Source: Eledone cirrhosa (Eukaryota). Taken from it: DNA of 64,000 bases. Positions 1 through 13,382 of the stretch are shown here, piece after piece. Position numbers and translations under genes: made by a program. Position 1 is the stretch's first letter; each line of letters opens with the position of its first letter. Under the pieces are notes generated by a model. That model saw nothing but the letters and a program-made list of their open reading frames with translations. It made no database searches and had not been told where the DNA came from. The stretch is taken from contig OZ024745.1 in assembly GCA_964016885.1 (NCBI GenBank), forward strand, positions 65,534,001-65,598,000, in the 5' to 3' direction.

Positions 1-3000
1 ATTTTTTATTTAGGTGATCCATTTTATAATTGGGTGATCCATTTTTTATTTGGGGGATCCATTTTTTATTTGGGGTATCCATTATTTATTTGGGTGATCC
101 ATTTTATATTTGGGTGATCGATTTTTTATTTGGGTGATCCATTTTTTATTTGGGTGATCCATTTTTTATTTGGGTGATCCATTTTTTATTTGGGGGATCC
201 ATTTTTTATTTGGGTGATCCATTTTTTATTTGGGTGATCCATTTTTTATTTGAGGGATCCATTTTATATTTGGGTGATCCATTTTTTATTTGAGTGATCC
301 ATTTTTTATTTGGGGGATCCATTTTTTATTTGGAGGATCCATTTTTTATTTGGGGGATCCATTTTTTATTTGGGTGATCCATTTTTTATTTGGGTGATCC
401 ATTTTTTATTTGGGGGATCCATTTTTTATTTGGGTGATCCATTTTTTATTTGGGGGATCCATTTTTTATTTGGGGGATCCATTTTTTATTTGGGTGATTC
501 ATTTTTTATTTGGGGGATCCATTTTTTATTTGGGTGATCCATTTTTTTATTTGGGGGTCCATTTTTTATTTGGGTGATCCTTTTTTTATTTGGGTGATCC
601 ATTTTTTATTTGGGTGATCCATTTTTTATTTGGGGGATCCATTTTTTATTTGGGTGATCCATTTTTTATTTGGGTGATCCATTTTTTATTTGGGGGATCC
701 ATTTTTTATTTGGGTGATCCATTTTTTATTTGGGGGATCCATTTTTTATTTGGGGGATCCATTTTTTATTTGGGTGATCCATTTTTTATTTGGGTGATCC
801 ATTTTTTATTTGGGGGGATCCATTTTTAATTTGGGTGATCCATTTTTTATTTGGGGGATCCATTTTTTATTTGGGTGATCCATTTTTTATTTGGGTGATC
901 CATTTTTTATTTGGGTGATCCATTTTTTATTTGGGGGATCCATTTTTTATTTGGGTGATCCATTTTTTATTTGGGTGGTCCATTTTTTATTTGGGTGATC
1001 CATTTTTTATTTGGGGGATCCATTTTTTATTTGGGTGATCCATTTTTTATTTGGGTGATCCATTTTTTATTTGGGTGATCCATTTTTTATTTGGGGGATA
1101 CATTTTTTATTTGGGTGATCCATTTTTTATTTGGGGGGTCCATTTTTTATTTGGGGGATCCATTTTTATTTGGGTGATCCATTTTTTATTTGGGGGATCC
1201 ATTTTTTATTTGGGGGATCCCTTTTTTATTTGGGGGATCCATTTTTTATTTGGGTGATCCATTTTTTATTTGGGGGATTCATTTTTTATTTGGGGGATCC
1301 ATTTTTTATCTGGGTGATCAATTTTTTATTAGAGGGATCCATTTTTTATTTGGGTGATCCATTTTTATTTGGAGATCCATTTTTTATTTAGGTGATCCAT
1401 TTTATAATTGGGTGATCCATTTTTTATTTGGGGGATCCATTTTTTATTTGGGGGATCCATTATTTATTTGGGTGATCCATTTTTTATTTGGGTGATCCAT
1501 TTTTTATTTGGGTGATCCATTTTTTATTTGGGTGATCCATTTTTTATTTGGGTGATTCATTTTGTATTTGGGGGATCCATTTTTTATTTGGGTGATCCAT
1601 TTTTTATTTGGGTGATCCATTTTTTATTTGAGGGATCCATTTTATATTTGGGTGATCCATTTTTTATTTGGGTGATTCATTTTTTATTTGGGGGATCCAT
1701 TTTTTATTTGGGTGATCCATTTTTTTATTTGGGGGTCCATTTTTTATTTGGGTGATCCATTTTTTATTTGGGTGATCCATTTTTTATTTGGGGGATCCAT
1801 TTTTTATTTGGGTCATCCATTTTTTATTTGGGGGATACATTTTTTATTTGGGGGATCCATTTTTTATTTTGGGTGATCCATTTTTTATTAGGGGGATCCA
1901 TTTTTTATTTGGGTGATCCATTTTTATTTGTAGATCCATTTTTTATTTGGGTGATCCATTTTTTAATTGGATGATCCATTTTTTATTTGGGGGATCCATT
2001 TTTTATTTGGGGGATCCATTATTTATTTGGGTGATCCATTTTTTATTTGGGTGATCCATTTTTTATTTGGGGGATCCATTTTTTATTTGGGTGATCCATT
2101 TTTTATTTGGGTGATCCATTTTTAAATTGGGGGATCCATTTTTTATTTAGTTGATCCTTTTTTTAATTGGGTGATCCATTTTTTATTTGGGGGATCCATT
2201 TTTTATTTGGGGGATCCATTTTTTATTTGGGGGATCCATTGTTTATTTGGGTGATCCATTTTTTATTTGGGTGATCCATTTTTTATTTGGGGGATCCATT
2301 TTTTATTTGGGTGATCCATTATTTATTTGGGTGATCAATTTTTTATTTGGGTGAACCATTTTTTATTTGTGGGATCCATTTTTTATTTGGGGGATCCATT
2401 TTTTATTTGGGTGATCCATTTTTTATTTGGGGGATCCATTTTTTATTTGGGTGATCCACTTTTTATTTGGGTGATCTATTTTTTAATTGGGTGATCCATT
2501 TTTTATTTGGGGGGATCCATTTTTAATTTGGGTGATCCATTTTTTATTTGGGGGATCCATTTTTTATTTGGGTGATCCATTTTTTATTTGGGGGATCCAT
2601 TTTTTATTTGGGTGATCCATTTTTTATTTGGGTGATCTATTTTTTAATGGGGTGATCCATTTTTTATTTGGGGGATCCATTTTTTATTTGGGTGATCCAT
2701 TTTCTATTTGGGTGGTCCATTTTTTATTTGGGTGATCCATTTTTTATTTGGGGGATACATTTTTTATTTGGGTGATCCATTTTTTATTTGGGGATCCATT
2801 TTTTATTTGGGTGATCCATTTTTTATTTGGGTGATCCATTTTTTATTTGGGGGATCCATTTTTTATTTGGGTGATCCATTTTTTATTTGGGGGGTCCATT
2901 TTTTATTTGGGGGATCCATTTTTATTTGGGTGATCCATTTTTTATTTGGGGGATCCATTTTTTATTTGGAGATCCATTTTTTATTTGGGTTGATCCCTTT

Positions 3001-4640
3001 TTTATTTGGGGGATCCATTTTTTATTTGGGTGATCCATTTTTTATTTGGGTGATCCATTTTTTATTTGGGGGATCCATTTTTTATTTGGGGGATCCATTT
3101 TTTATTTGGGTGATTCATTTTTTATTTGGGGGATCCATTTTTTATTTGGGGGATCCATTTTTTTATTTGGGGGTCTATTTTTTATTTGGGTGATCCATTT
3201 TTTATTTGGGTGATCCATTTTTTATTTGGGGGATCCATTTTTCATTTGGGTGATCCATTTTTTATTTGGGGGATCCATTTTTTATTTGGGGGATCCATTT
3301 TTTATTTTGGGTGATCCATTTTTTATTAGGGGGATCCATTTTTTATTTGGGTGATCCATTTTTATTTGTAGATCCATTTTCTATTTGGGTGATCCATTTT
3401 TTAATTGGATGATCCATTTTTTATTTGGGGGATCCATTTTTTATTTGGGGGATCCATTATTTATTTGGGTGATCCATTTTTTATTTGGGGGATCCATTAT
3501 TTATTTGGGTGATCCATTTTATATTTGGGTGATCCATTTTTTATTTGGGTGATCCATTTTTTATTTGGGTGATCCATTTTTTATTTGGGTGATCCATTTT
3601 TTATTTGGGGGATCCATTTTTTATTTGGGTGATCCATTTTTTATTTGGGGGATCCATTTTTTATTTGAGGGATCCATTTTATATTTGGGTGATCCATTTT
3701 TTATTTGGGTGATCCATTTTTTATTTGGGGGATCCATTTTTTATTTGGGTGATCCATTTTTTATTTGGGTGATCCATTTTTTATTTGGGTGATCCATTTT
3801 TTATTTGTGGGATCCATTTTTTATTTGGGGGATCTATTTTTTATTTGGGTGATCCATTTTTTTATTTGGGGGATCCATTTTTTATTTGGGTGATCCATTT
3901 TTTATTTGGGGGATTCATTTTTTATTTGGGGGATCCATTTTTTATTTGGGTGATCCATTTTTTTATTTGGGGGTCCATTTTTTATTTGGGTGATCCTTTT
4001 TTTATTTGGGTGATTCATTTTTTATTTGGGGGATCCATTTTTTATTTGGATCATCCATTTTTTATTTGGGGGATCCATTTTTTATTTGGGGGATCCATTT
4101 TTTATTTTGGGTGATCCATTTTTTATTAGGGGGATCCATTTTTTATTTGGGTTATCCATTTTTATTTGTAGATCCATTTTTTATTTGGGTGATCCATTTT
4201 TTAATTGGGTGATCCATTTATTATTTGGGGGATCCATTTTTTATTTGGGGGATCCATTATTTATTTGGGTGATCCATTTTTTATTTGGGTGAACCATTTT
4301 TTATTTGGGTGATCCATTTTTTATTTGGGTGATCCATTTTTTATTTGGGTGATCCATTTTTTATTTGAGGCATCCATTTTATAATTGGGTGATCCATTTT
4401 TTATTTGGGTGATCCATTTTTTATTTGGGTGATCCTTTTTTTATTTGGGGGATCCATTTTTTATTTGGGGGAACCATTTTTTATTTGGGGGATCCATTTT
4501 TTATTTGGGTGATCCATTTTTTATTTGGGTGATCCATTTTTTATTTGGGGTGATCCATTTTTTATTTGGGGGATCCATTTTTTATTTGGGGGATCCATTT
4601 TTTATTTGGGGTATCCATTTTTTATTTGGGTGATCCATTT
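1..4640 (+). repeat. Higher-order block repeated at about 21215-25790 (offset 21152); its first ~3 kb is also repeated at about 13335-16340 (offset 13273)
   Basis: Identical or near-identical ORF-track strings at constant offsets: 310/13583/21462, 1131/14404/22283, 2708/15981/23860, 3785/24937, 4445/25597. Shared private monomers include TATCTGGGTGATCAA (~1307, ~14580, ~22459) and TTTTGTATTT. Confidence 0.92.
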
Positions 4641-4659
4641 TTTATTTGGGGGATCCATT

Positions 4660-6650
4660 TTTTATTTGGGTGATCCATTTTTTATTTGTGGGATCCATTT
4701 TTCATTTGGGGGATCCATTTTTTATTTGGGGGATCCATTTTTTATTTGGGTGATCCATATTTTATTTGGGTGATCCATTTTTTATTTGGGGGATCCATTT
4801 TTTATTTGGGTGATCCATTTTTTATTTGGGGGATTCATTTTTTATTTGGGGGATCCATTTTTTATTTGGGTGATCCATTTTTTATTTGGGGGATCCATTT
4901 TTTATTTGGGTGATCCATTTTTTATTTGGGGGATCCATTTTTTATTTGGGTGATCCATTTTTTATTTGGGGGATCCATTTTTATTTGGGTGATCCATTTT
5001 TTATTTGGGTGATCCATTTTTTAATTGGGTGATCCATTTTTTATTTGGGGGATCCATTTTTTATTTGGGTGATCCATTTTTTATTTGGGTGGTCCATTTT
5101 TTATTTGGGTGATCCATTTTTTATTTGGGGGATACATTTTTTATTTGGGTGATCCATTTTTTATTTGAGGATCCATTTTTTATTTGGGTGATCCATTTTT
5201 TATTAGGGTGATCCATTTTTTATTTGGGGGATCCATTTTTTATTTGGGTGATCCATTTTTTATTTGGGGGGTCCATTTTTTATTTGGGGGATCCATTTTT
5301 ATTTGGGTGATCCATTTTTTATTTGGGGGATCCATTTTTTATTTGGGGATCCATTTTTTATTTGGGTTGATCCCTTTTTTATTTGGGGGATCTATTTTTT
5401 ATTTGGGTGATCCATTTTTTATTTGGGGGATCCATTTTTTATTTGGGTGATCCATTTTTTATTAGGGGGATCCATTTTTTATTTGGGTGATCCATTTTTA
5501 TTTGGAGATCCATTTTTTATTTAGGTGATCCATTTTATAATTGGGTGATCCATTTTTTATTTGGGGGATCCATTTTTTTATTTGGGGGATCCATTATTTA
5601 TTTGGGTGATCCATTTTATATTTGGGTGATCCATTTTTTATTTGGGTGATCCATTTTTTATTTGGGTGATCCATTTTTTATTTGTGGGATCCATTTTTCA
5701 TTTGGGGGATCCATTTTTTATTTGGGGGATCCATTTTTTATTTGGGTGATCCATATTTTATTTGGGTGATCCATTTTTTATTTGGGGGATCCATTTTTTA
5801 TTTGGGTGAATCCATTTTTTATTTGGGGGATTCATTTTTTATTTGGGGGATCCATTTTTTATTTGGGTGATCCATTTTTTATTTGGGGGATCCATTTTTT
5901 ATTTGGGTGATCCATTTTTTATTTGGGGGATCCATTTTTTATTTGGGTGATCCATTTTTTATTTGGGGGATCCATTTTTATTTGGGTGATCCATTTTTTA
6001 TTTGGGTGATCCATTTTTTAATTGGGTGATCCATTTTTTATTTGGGGGATCCATTTTTTATTTGGGTGATCCATTTTTTATTTGGGTGGTCCATTTTTTA
6101 TTTGGGTGATCCATTTTTTATTTGGGGGATACATTTTTTATTTGGGTGATCCATTTTTTATTTGAGGATCCATTTTTTATTTGGGTGATCCATTTTTTAT
6201 TAGGGTGATCCATTTTTTATTTGGGGGATCCATTTTTTATTTGGGTGATCCATTTTTTATTTGGGGGGTCCATTTTTTATTTGGGGGATCCATTTTTATT
6301 TGGGTGATCCATTTTTTATTTGGGGGATCCATTTTTTATTTGGGGATCCATTTTTTATTTGGGTTGATCCCTTTTTTATTTGGGGGATCTATTTTTTATT
6401 TGGGTGATCCATTTTTTATTTGGGGGATCCATTTTTTATTTGGGTGATCCATTTTTTATTAGGGGGATCCATTTTTTATTTGGGTGATCCATTTTTATTT
6501 GGAGATCCATTTTTTATTTAGGTGATCCATTTTATAATTGGGTGATCCATTTTTTATTTGGGGGATCCATTTTTTATTTGGGGGATCCATTATTTATTTG
6601 GGTGATCCATTTTATATTTGGGTGATCCATTTTTTATTTGGGTGATCCAT
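4660..6650 (+). repeat. Tandem duplication of a ~996-997 bp (50-monomer) unit
   Basis: Markers GTGGGATCCATTTTTCA at 4688 and 5684, plus CCATATTTT, TGAGGATCC and TTAGGGTGATCC, recur at offset 996-997. The ORF strings at 5184 and 6181 are identical. Confidence 0.9.
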
Positions 6651-9110
6651 TTTTTATTTGGGTGATCCATTTTTTATTTGGGTGATCCATTTTTTATATG
6701 GGGGATCCATTTTTTATTTGGGTGATCCATTTTTTATTTGGGTGATCCATTTTTTATTTGAGGGATCCATTTTATATTTGGGTGATCCATTTTTTATTTG
6801 GGTGATCCATTTTTTATTTGGGTGATCCATTTTTTATTTGGAGGATCCATTTTTTATTTGGGGGATCCATTTTTTATTTGGGGGATCCATTTTTTATTTG
6901 GGTGATTCATTTTTTATTTGGGGGATCCATTTTTTATTTGGGTGATCCATTTTTTTATTTGGGGGTCCATTTTTCATTTGGGTGATCCATTTTTTATTTG
7001 GGTGAACCATTTTTTATTTGGGGGATCCATTTTTTATTTGGGTGATCCATTTTTTATTTGGGGGATCCATTTTTTATTTGGGGGATCCATTTTTTATTTT
7101 GGGTGATCCATTTTTTATTAGGGGGATTCATTTTTTATTTAGGTGATCCATTTTTATTTGTAGATCCATTTTTTATTTGGGTGATCCATTTTTTAATTGG
7201 ATGATCCAATTTTTATTTGGGGGATCCATTTTTTATTTGGGGGATCCATTATTTATTTGGGTGATCCATTTTTTATTTGGGGGATTCATTATTTATTTGG
7301 GTGATCCATTTTATATTTGGGTGATCCATTTTTTATTTGGTTGATCCATTTTTTATTTGGGTGATCCATTTTTTATTTGGGTGATCCATTTTTTATTTGG
7401 GGGATCCATTTTTTATTTGGGTGATCCATTTTTTATTTGGGGGATCCATTTTTTATTTGAGGGATCCATTTTATATTTGGGTGATTCATTTTTTATTTGG
7501 GTGATCCATTTTTTATTTGGGGGATCCATTTTTTATTTGGGTGATCCATTTTTTATTTGGGTGATCCATTTTTTATTTGGGTGATCCATTTTTTATTTGT
7601 GGGATCCATTTTTTATTTGGGGGATCCATTTTTTATTTGGGTGATCCATTTTTTATTTGGGGGATCCATTTTTTATTTGGGTGATCCATTTTTTATTTGG
7701 GGGATTCATTTTTTATTTGGGGGATCCATTTTTTATTTGGGTGATCCATTTTTTATTTGGGGGGTCCATTTTTTATTTGGGTGATCCATTTTTTATTTGG
7801 GTGATTCATTTTTTATTTGGGGGATCCATTTTTTGTTTGGATCATCCATTTTTTATTTGGGGGATCCATTTTTTATTTGGGAGATCCATTTTTTATTTTG
7901 GGTGATCCATTTTTTATTAGGGGGATCCATTTTTTATTTGGGTTATCCATTTTTATTTGTAGATCCATTTTTTATTTGGGTGATCCATTTTTTAATTGGG
8001 TGATCCATTTTTTATTTGGGGGATCCATTTTTTATTTGAGGGATCCATTATTTATTTGGGTGATCCATTTTTTATTTGGGTGATCCATTTTTTATTTGGG
8101 TGATCCATTTTTTATTTGGGTGATCCATTTTTTATTTGAGGCATCCATTTTATAATTGGGTGATCGTTTTTTTTATTTGGGTGATCCATTTTTTATTTGG
8201 GTGATCCTTTTTTTATTTGGGGGATCCATTTTTTATTTGGGGGAACCATTTTTTATTTGGGGGATCCATTTTTTATTTGGGTGATCCATTTTTTATTTGG
8301 GTGATCCATTTTTTATTTGGGGGATCCATTTTTTATTTGGGGGATCCATTTTTTATTTGGGGGATCCATTTTTTATTTGGGGTATCCATTTTTTATTTGG
8401 GTGATCCATTTTTTATTTGGGGGATCCATTTTTTATTTGGGGGATCCATTTTTTATTTGGGTGATCCATTTTCTATTTGGGTGATCCATTTTTTATTTGG
8501 AGGATCCATTTTTTATTTGGGTCATCCATTATTTATTAGGGGGATCCATTTTTTATTTGGGGGATCCATTTTTTATTTGGGTGATTCATTTTTTATTTGC
8601 GGGATCCATTCTTTATTTGGGTGATCCATTTTTTATTTGTGGGATCCATTTTTTATTTGGGGGATCCATTTTTTATTTGAGGGATCCATTATTTATTTGG
8701 GTGATCCATTATTTATTTGGGTGATCCATTTTATATTTGGGTGATCCATTTTTTATTTGGGTGATCCATTTTTTATTTGGGTGATCCATTTTTTATTTGG
8801 GTGATCCATTTTTTATATGGGGGATCCATTTTTTATTTGGGTGATCCATTTTTTATTTGGGTGATCCATTTTTTATTTGAGGGATCCATTTTATATTTGG
8901 GTGATCCATTTTTTATTTGGGTGATCCATTTTTTATTTGGGTGATCCATTTTTTATTTGGAGGATCCATTTTTTATTTGGGGGATCCATTTTTTATTTGG
9001 GGGATCCATTTTTTATTTGGGTGATCCATTTTTTATTTGGGGGATCCATTTTTTATTTGGGTGATCCATTTTTTATTTGGGGGATCCATTTTTTATTTGG
9101 GGGATCCATT
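5740..9110 (+). repeat. Higher-order block repeated at about 27350-30820 (offset about 21.6-21.7 kb)
   Basis: ORF-string pairs 6181/27795, 6918/28632, 7357/29071, 7797/29510, 8217/29929, 8497/30209. Shared private variants TTAGGGGGATTC (~7128 and ~28842) and GGGAGATCC (~7879 and ~29592). Confidence 0.85.
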
Positions 9111-12100
9111 TTTTATTTGGGTGATCCATTTTTTATTTGGGTGATCCATTTTTTATTTGGGGGGATCCATTTTTAATTTGGGTGATCCATTTTTTATTTG
9201 GGGGATCCATTTTTTATTTGGGTGATCCATTTTTTATTTGGGGGATCCATTTTTTATTTGTGTGATCCATTTTTTATTTGGGATATCCATTTTTTAATTG
9301 GGTGATCCATTTTTTATTTGGGGGATCCATTTTTTATTTGGGTGATCCATTTTTTATTTGGGGGATCCATTTTTTATTTGGGTGATCCATTTTTTATTTG
9401 GGGGATCCATTTTTTATTTGGGTGATCCATTTTTTATTTGGGGATCCATTTTTTATTTGGGTGATCCATTTTTTATTTGGGTGATCCATTTTTTATTTGG
9501 GGGATCCATTTTTTATTTGGGTGATTCATTTTTTATTTGGGGGGTCCATTTTTTATTTGGGGGATCCATCTTTATTTGGGTGATCCATTTTTTATTTGGG
9601 GGATCCATTTTTTATTTGTGTGATCCATTTGTTATTTGGGTTGATCCCTTTTTTATTTGGGGGATCCATTTTTTATTTGGGGGATCCATTTTTTATTTGG
9701 GGGATCCATTTTTTATTTGGGGGATCCATTTTTTATTTGGGTGATCCATTTTTTATTAGGGGGATCCATTTTTTATTTGGGTGATCCATTTTTATTTGGA
9801 GATCCATTTTTTATTTAGGTGATCCATTTTATAATTGGGTGATCCATTTTTTATTTGGGGGATCCATTTTTTATTTGGGGGATCCATTATTTACTTGGGT
9901 GATCCATTTTTTATTTGGGTGATCCATTTTTTATTTGGGTGATCCATTTTTTATTTGGGTGATCCATTTTTATTTGGGTGATCCATTTTTTATTTGGGGG
10001 ATCCATTTTTTATTTGGGTGATCCATTTTTTATTTGGGTGATCCATTTTTTATTTGAGGGATCCATTTTATATTTGGGTGATCCATTTTTTATTTGGGTG
10101 ATCCATTTTTTATTTGGGGGATCCATTTTTTATTTGGGGGATCCATTTTTTATTTAGGGGATCCATTTTTTATTTGGGTGATCCATTTTTTATTTGGGTG
10201 ATCCATTTTTTATTTGGGGGATCCATTTTTTATTTGGGTGATCCATTTTTTATTTGGGGGATCCATTTTTTATTTCGGGGATCCATTTTTTATTTGGGTG
10301 ATTCATTTTTTATTTGGGGGATCCATTTTTTATTTGGGTGATCCATTTTTTTATTTGGGGGTCCATTTTTTATTTGGGTGATCCATTTTTTATTTGGGTG
10401 ATCCATTTATTATTTGGGGGATCCATTTTTTATTTGGGTCATACATTTTTTATTTGGGGGATCCATTTTTTATTTGGGGGATCCATTTTTTATTTTGGGT
10501 GATCCATTTTTTATTAGGGGGATCCATTTTTTATTTGGGTGATCCATTTTTATTTGTAGATCCATTTTTTATTTGGGTGATCCATTTTTTAATTGGATGA
10601 TCCATTTTTTATTTGGGGGATCCATTTTTTATTTGGGGGATCCATTATTTATTTGGGTGATCCATTTTTTATTTGGGTGATCCATTTTTTATTTGGGGGA
10701 TCCATTTTTTATTTGGGTGATCCATTTTTTATTTGGGTGATCCATTTTTTATTTGGGGGATCCATTTTTTATTTAGTTGATCCATTTTTTAATTGGGTGA
10801 TCCATTTTTTATTTGGGGGATCCATTTTTTATTTGGGGGATCCATTTATTATTTGGGGGATCCATTTTTTATGTGGGTGATCCATTTTTTATTTGGGTGA
10901 TCCATTTTTTATTTGTGGGATCCATTTTTTATTTGTGGGATCCATTTTTTATTTGGGGGATCCTTTTTTTATTTGGGTGATCCATTCTTTATTTGGGTGA
11001 TCCATTTTTTATTTGGGTGATCCATTTTTTAATTGGGTGATCCATTTTTTATTTGGGGGATCCATTTTTTATTTGGGTGATCCATTTTTTATTTGGGTGG
11101 TCCATTTTTTATTTGGGTGATCCATTTTTTATTTGGGGGATCCATTTTTTATTTGGGTGATCCATTTTTTATTTGGGGATCCATGTTTTATTTGGGTGAT
11201 CCATTTTTTATTTGGGTGATCCATTTTTTATTTGGGTGATCCATTTTTTATTTGGGGGGTCCATTTTTTATTTGGGGGATCCATTTTTATTTGGGTGATC
11301 CATTTTTTATTTGGGGGATCCATTTTTTATTTGGGTGATCCATTTTTTATTTGGGTTGATCCCTTTTTTATTTGGGGGATCCATTTTTTATTTGGGTGAT
11401 CCATTTTTTATTTGGGGGATCCATTTTTTATTTGGGGGATCCATTTTTTATTTGGGTGATCCATTTTTTATTAGGGGGATCCATTTTTTATTTGGGTGAT
11501 CCATTTTTATTTGGAGATCCATTTTTTATTTAGGTGATCCATTTTATAATTGGGTGATCCATTTTTTATTTGGGGGATCCATTTTTTATTTGGGGGATCC
11601 ATTATTTATTTGGGTGATCCATTTTTTATTTGGGTGATCCATTTTTTATTTGGGTGATCCATTTTTTATTTGGGTGATCCATTTTTTATTTGGGTGATCC
11701 ATTTTTTATTTGGGGGATCCATTTTTTATTTGGGTGATCCATATTTTATTTGGGTGATCCATTTTTTATTTGAGGGATCCATTTTATATTTGGGTGATCC
11801 ATTTTTTATTTGGGTGATCCATTTTTTATTTGGGGGATCCATTTTTTATTTGGGTGATCCATTTTTTATTTGGGGGAACCTTTTTTTATTTGGGTGATCC
11901 ATTTTTTATTTGGGGGATCCATTTTTTATTTGGGTGATCCATTTTTTATTTGGGGGATCCATTTTTTATTTGGGGGATCCATTTTTTATTTGGGGGATCC
12001 TTTTTTATTTGGGTGATCCATTTTTTATTTGGGTGATCCATTTTTTATTTGGTGGATCCATTTTTTATTTGGGTGATCCATTATTTATTTGGGGGATCCA

Positions 12101-12904
12101 TTTTTTATTTGGGGGATCCATTTTTTATTTGGGTGATCCATTTTTTATTTGGGGGATCCATTCTTTATTTGGGTGATCCATTTTTTATTTGTGGGATCCA
12201 TTTTTTATTCGGGGGATCCATTTTTTATTTGGAGGATCCATTTTTTATTTGGGTGATCCATTGTTTATTTGGGTGATCCATTTATTATTTGGGGGATCCA
12301 TTTTTTATTTGGGTGATCCATTTTTTATTTGGGTGATCCATTTTTTATTGGGGGATCCATTTTTTATTTGGGGGATCCATTTTTTATTTGGGTGATCCAT
12401 TTTTTATTTGGGTGATCCATTTTTTAATTGGGGGATCCATTTTTTATTTGGGTGATCCATTTTTTATTTGGGTGATCCATTTTTTATTTGGGGGATCCAT
12501 TTTTTATTTGGGGGCAGAATTTTTATTTGGGTGATCCATTTTTTATTTGGGTGATCCATTTTTTATTTGGGGGATCCATTTTTTATTTGGGGGATCCATT
12601 TTTTATTTGGGTGATCCATTTTTTATTTGGGGGATCCATTTTTTATTTGGGTGATCCATTTTTTATTTGGGGGATCCATTTTTTATTTGGGTGATCCATT
12701 TTTTATTTGGGTGATCCATTTTTTATTTGGGGGATCCATTTATTATTTGGGGGATCCATTTTTTATTTGGGTGATCCATTTTTTATTTGGGGGATCCATT
12801 TTTTATTTGGGTGATTCATTTTTTATTTGGGGGTCCATTTTTTATTTGGGGGATCCATCTTTATTTGGGTGATCCATTTTTTATTTGGGGGATCCATTTT
12901 TTAT

Positions 12905-13382
12905 TTGGGTGATCCATTTTTTATTTGGGTTGATCCCTTTTTTATTTGGGGGATCCATTTTTTATTTGGGGGATCCATTTTTTATTTGGGGGATCCATTT
13001 TTTAATTGGGGGATCCATTTTTTATTTGGGTGATCCATTTTTTATTAGGGGGATCCATTTTTTATTTGGGTGATCCATTTTTATTTGGAGATCCATTTTT
13101 TATTTAGGTGATCCATTTTATAATTGGGTGATCCATTTTTTATTTGGGGGATCCATTTTTTATTTGGGTTGATGCCTTTTTTATTTGGGGGATCCATTTT
13201 TTATTTGGGTGATCCATTTTTTATTTGGGGGATCCATTTTTTATTTGGGGGATCCATTTTTTATTTGGGTGATCCATTTTTTATTAGGGGGATCCATTTT
13301 TTATTTGGGTGATCCATTTTTATTTGGATATCCATTTTTTATTTAGGTGATCCATTTTATAATTGGGTGATCCATTTTTTAT
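12905..13382 (+). repeat. Tandem pair of 239-bp (12-monomer) units; repeated at about 20107-20584
   Basis: TTAGGGGG marker at 13047 and 13286 (offset 239). ORF starts at 12885, 13124, 13363 and at 20087, 20326, 20565 are each 239 apart. Confidence 0.85.

Noticed and set aside
1878-1900. TTAGGG, TTAGG and TTTAGGG telomeric motifs in variant monomers
   Set aside because: They are isolated single-base variants of TTTGGG, never occur in tandem, and were spread by the duplications.
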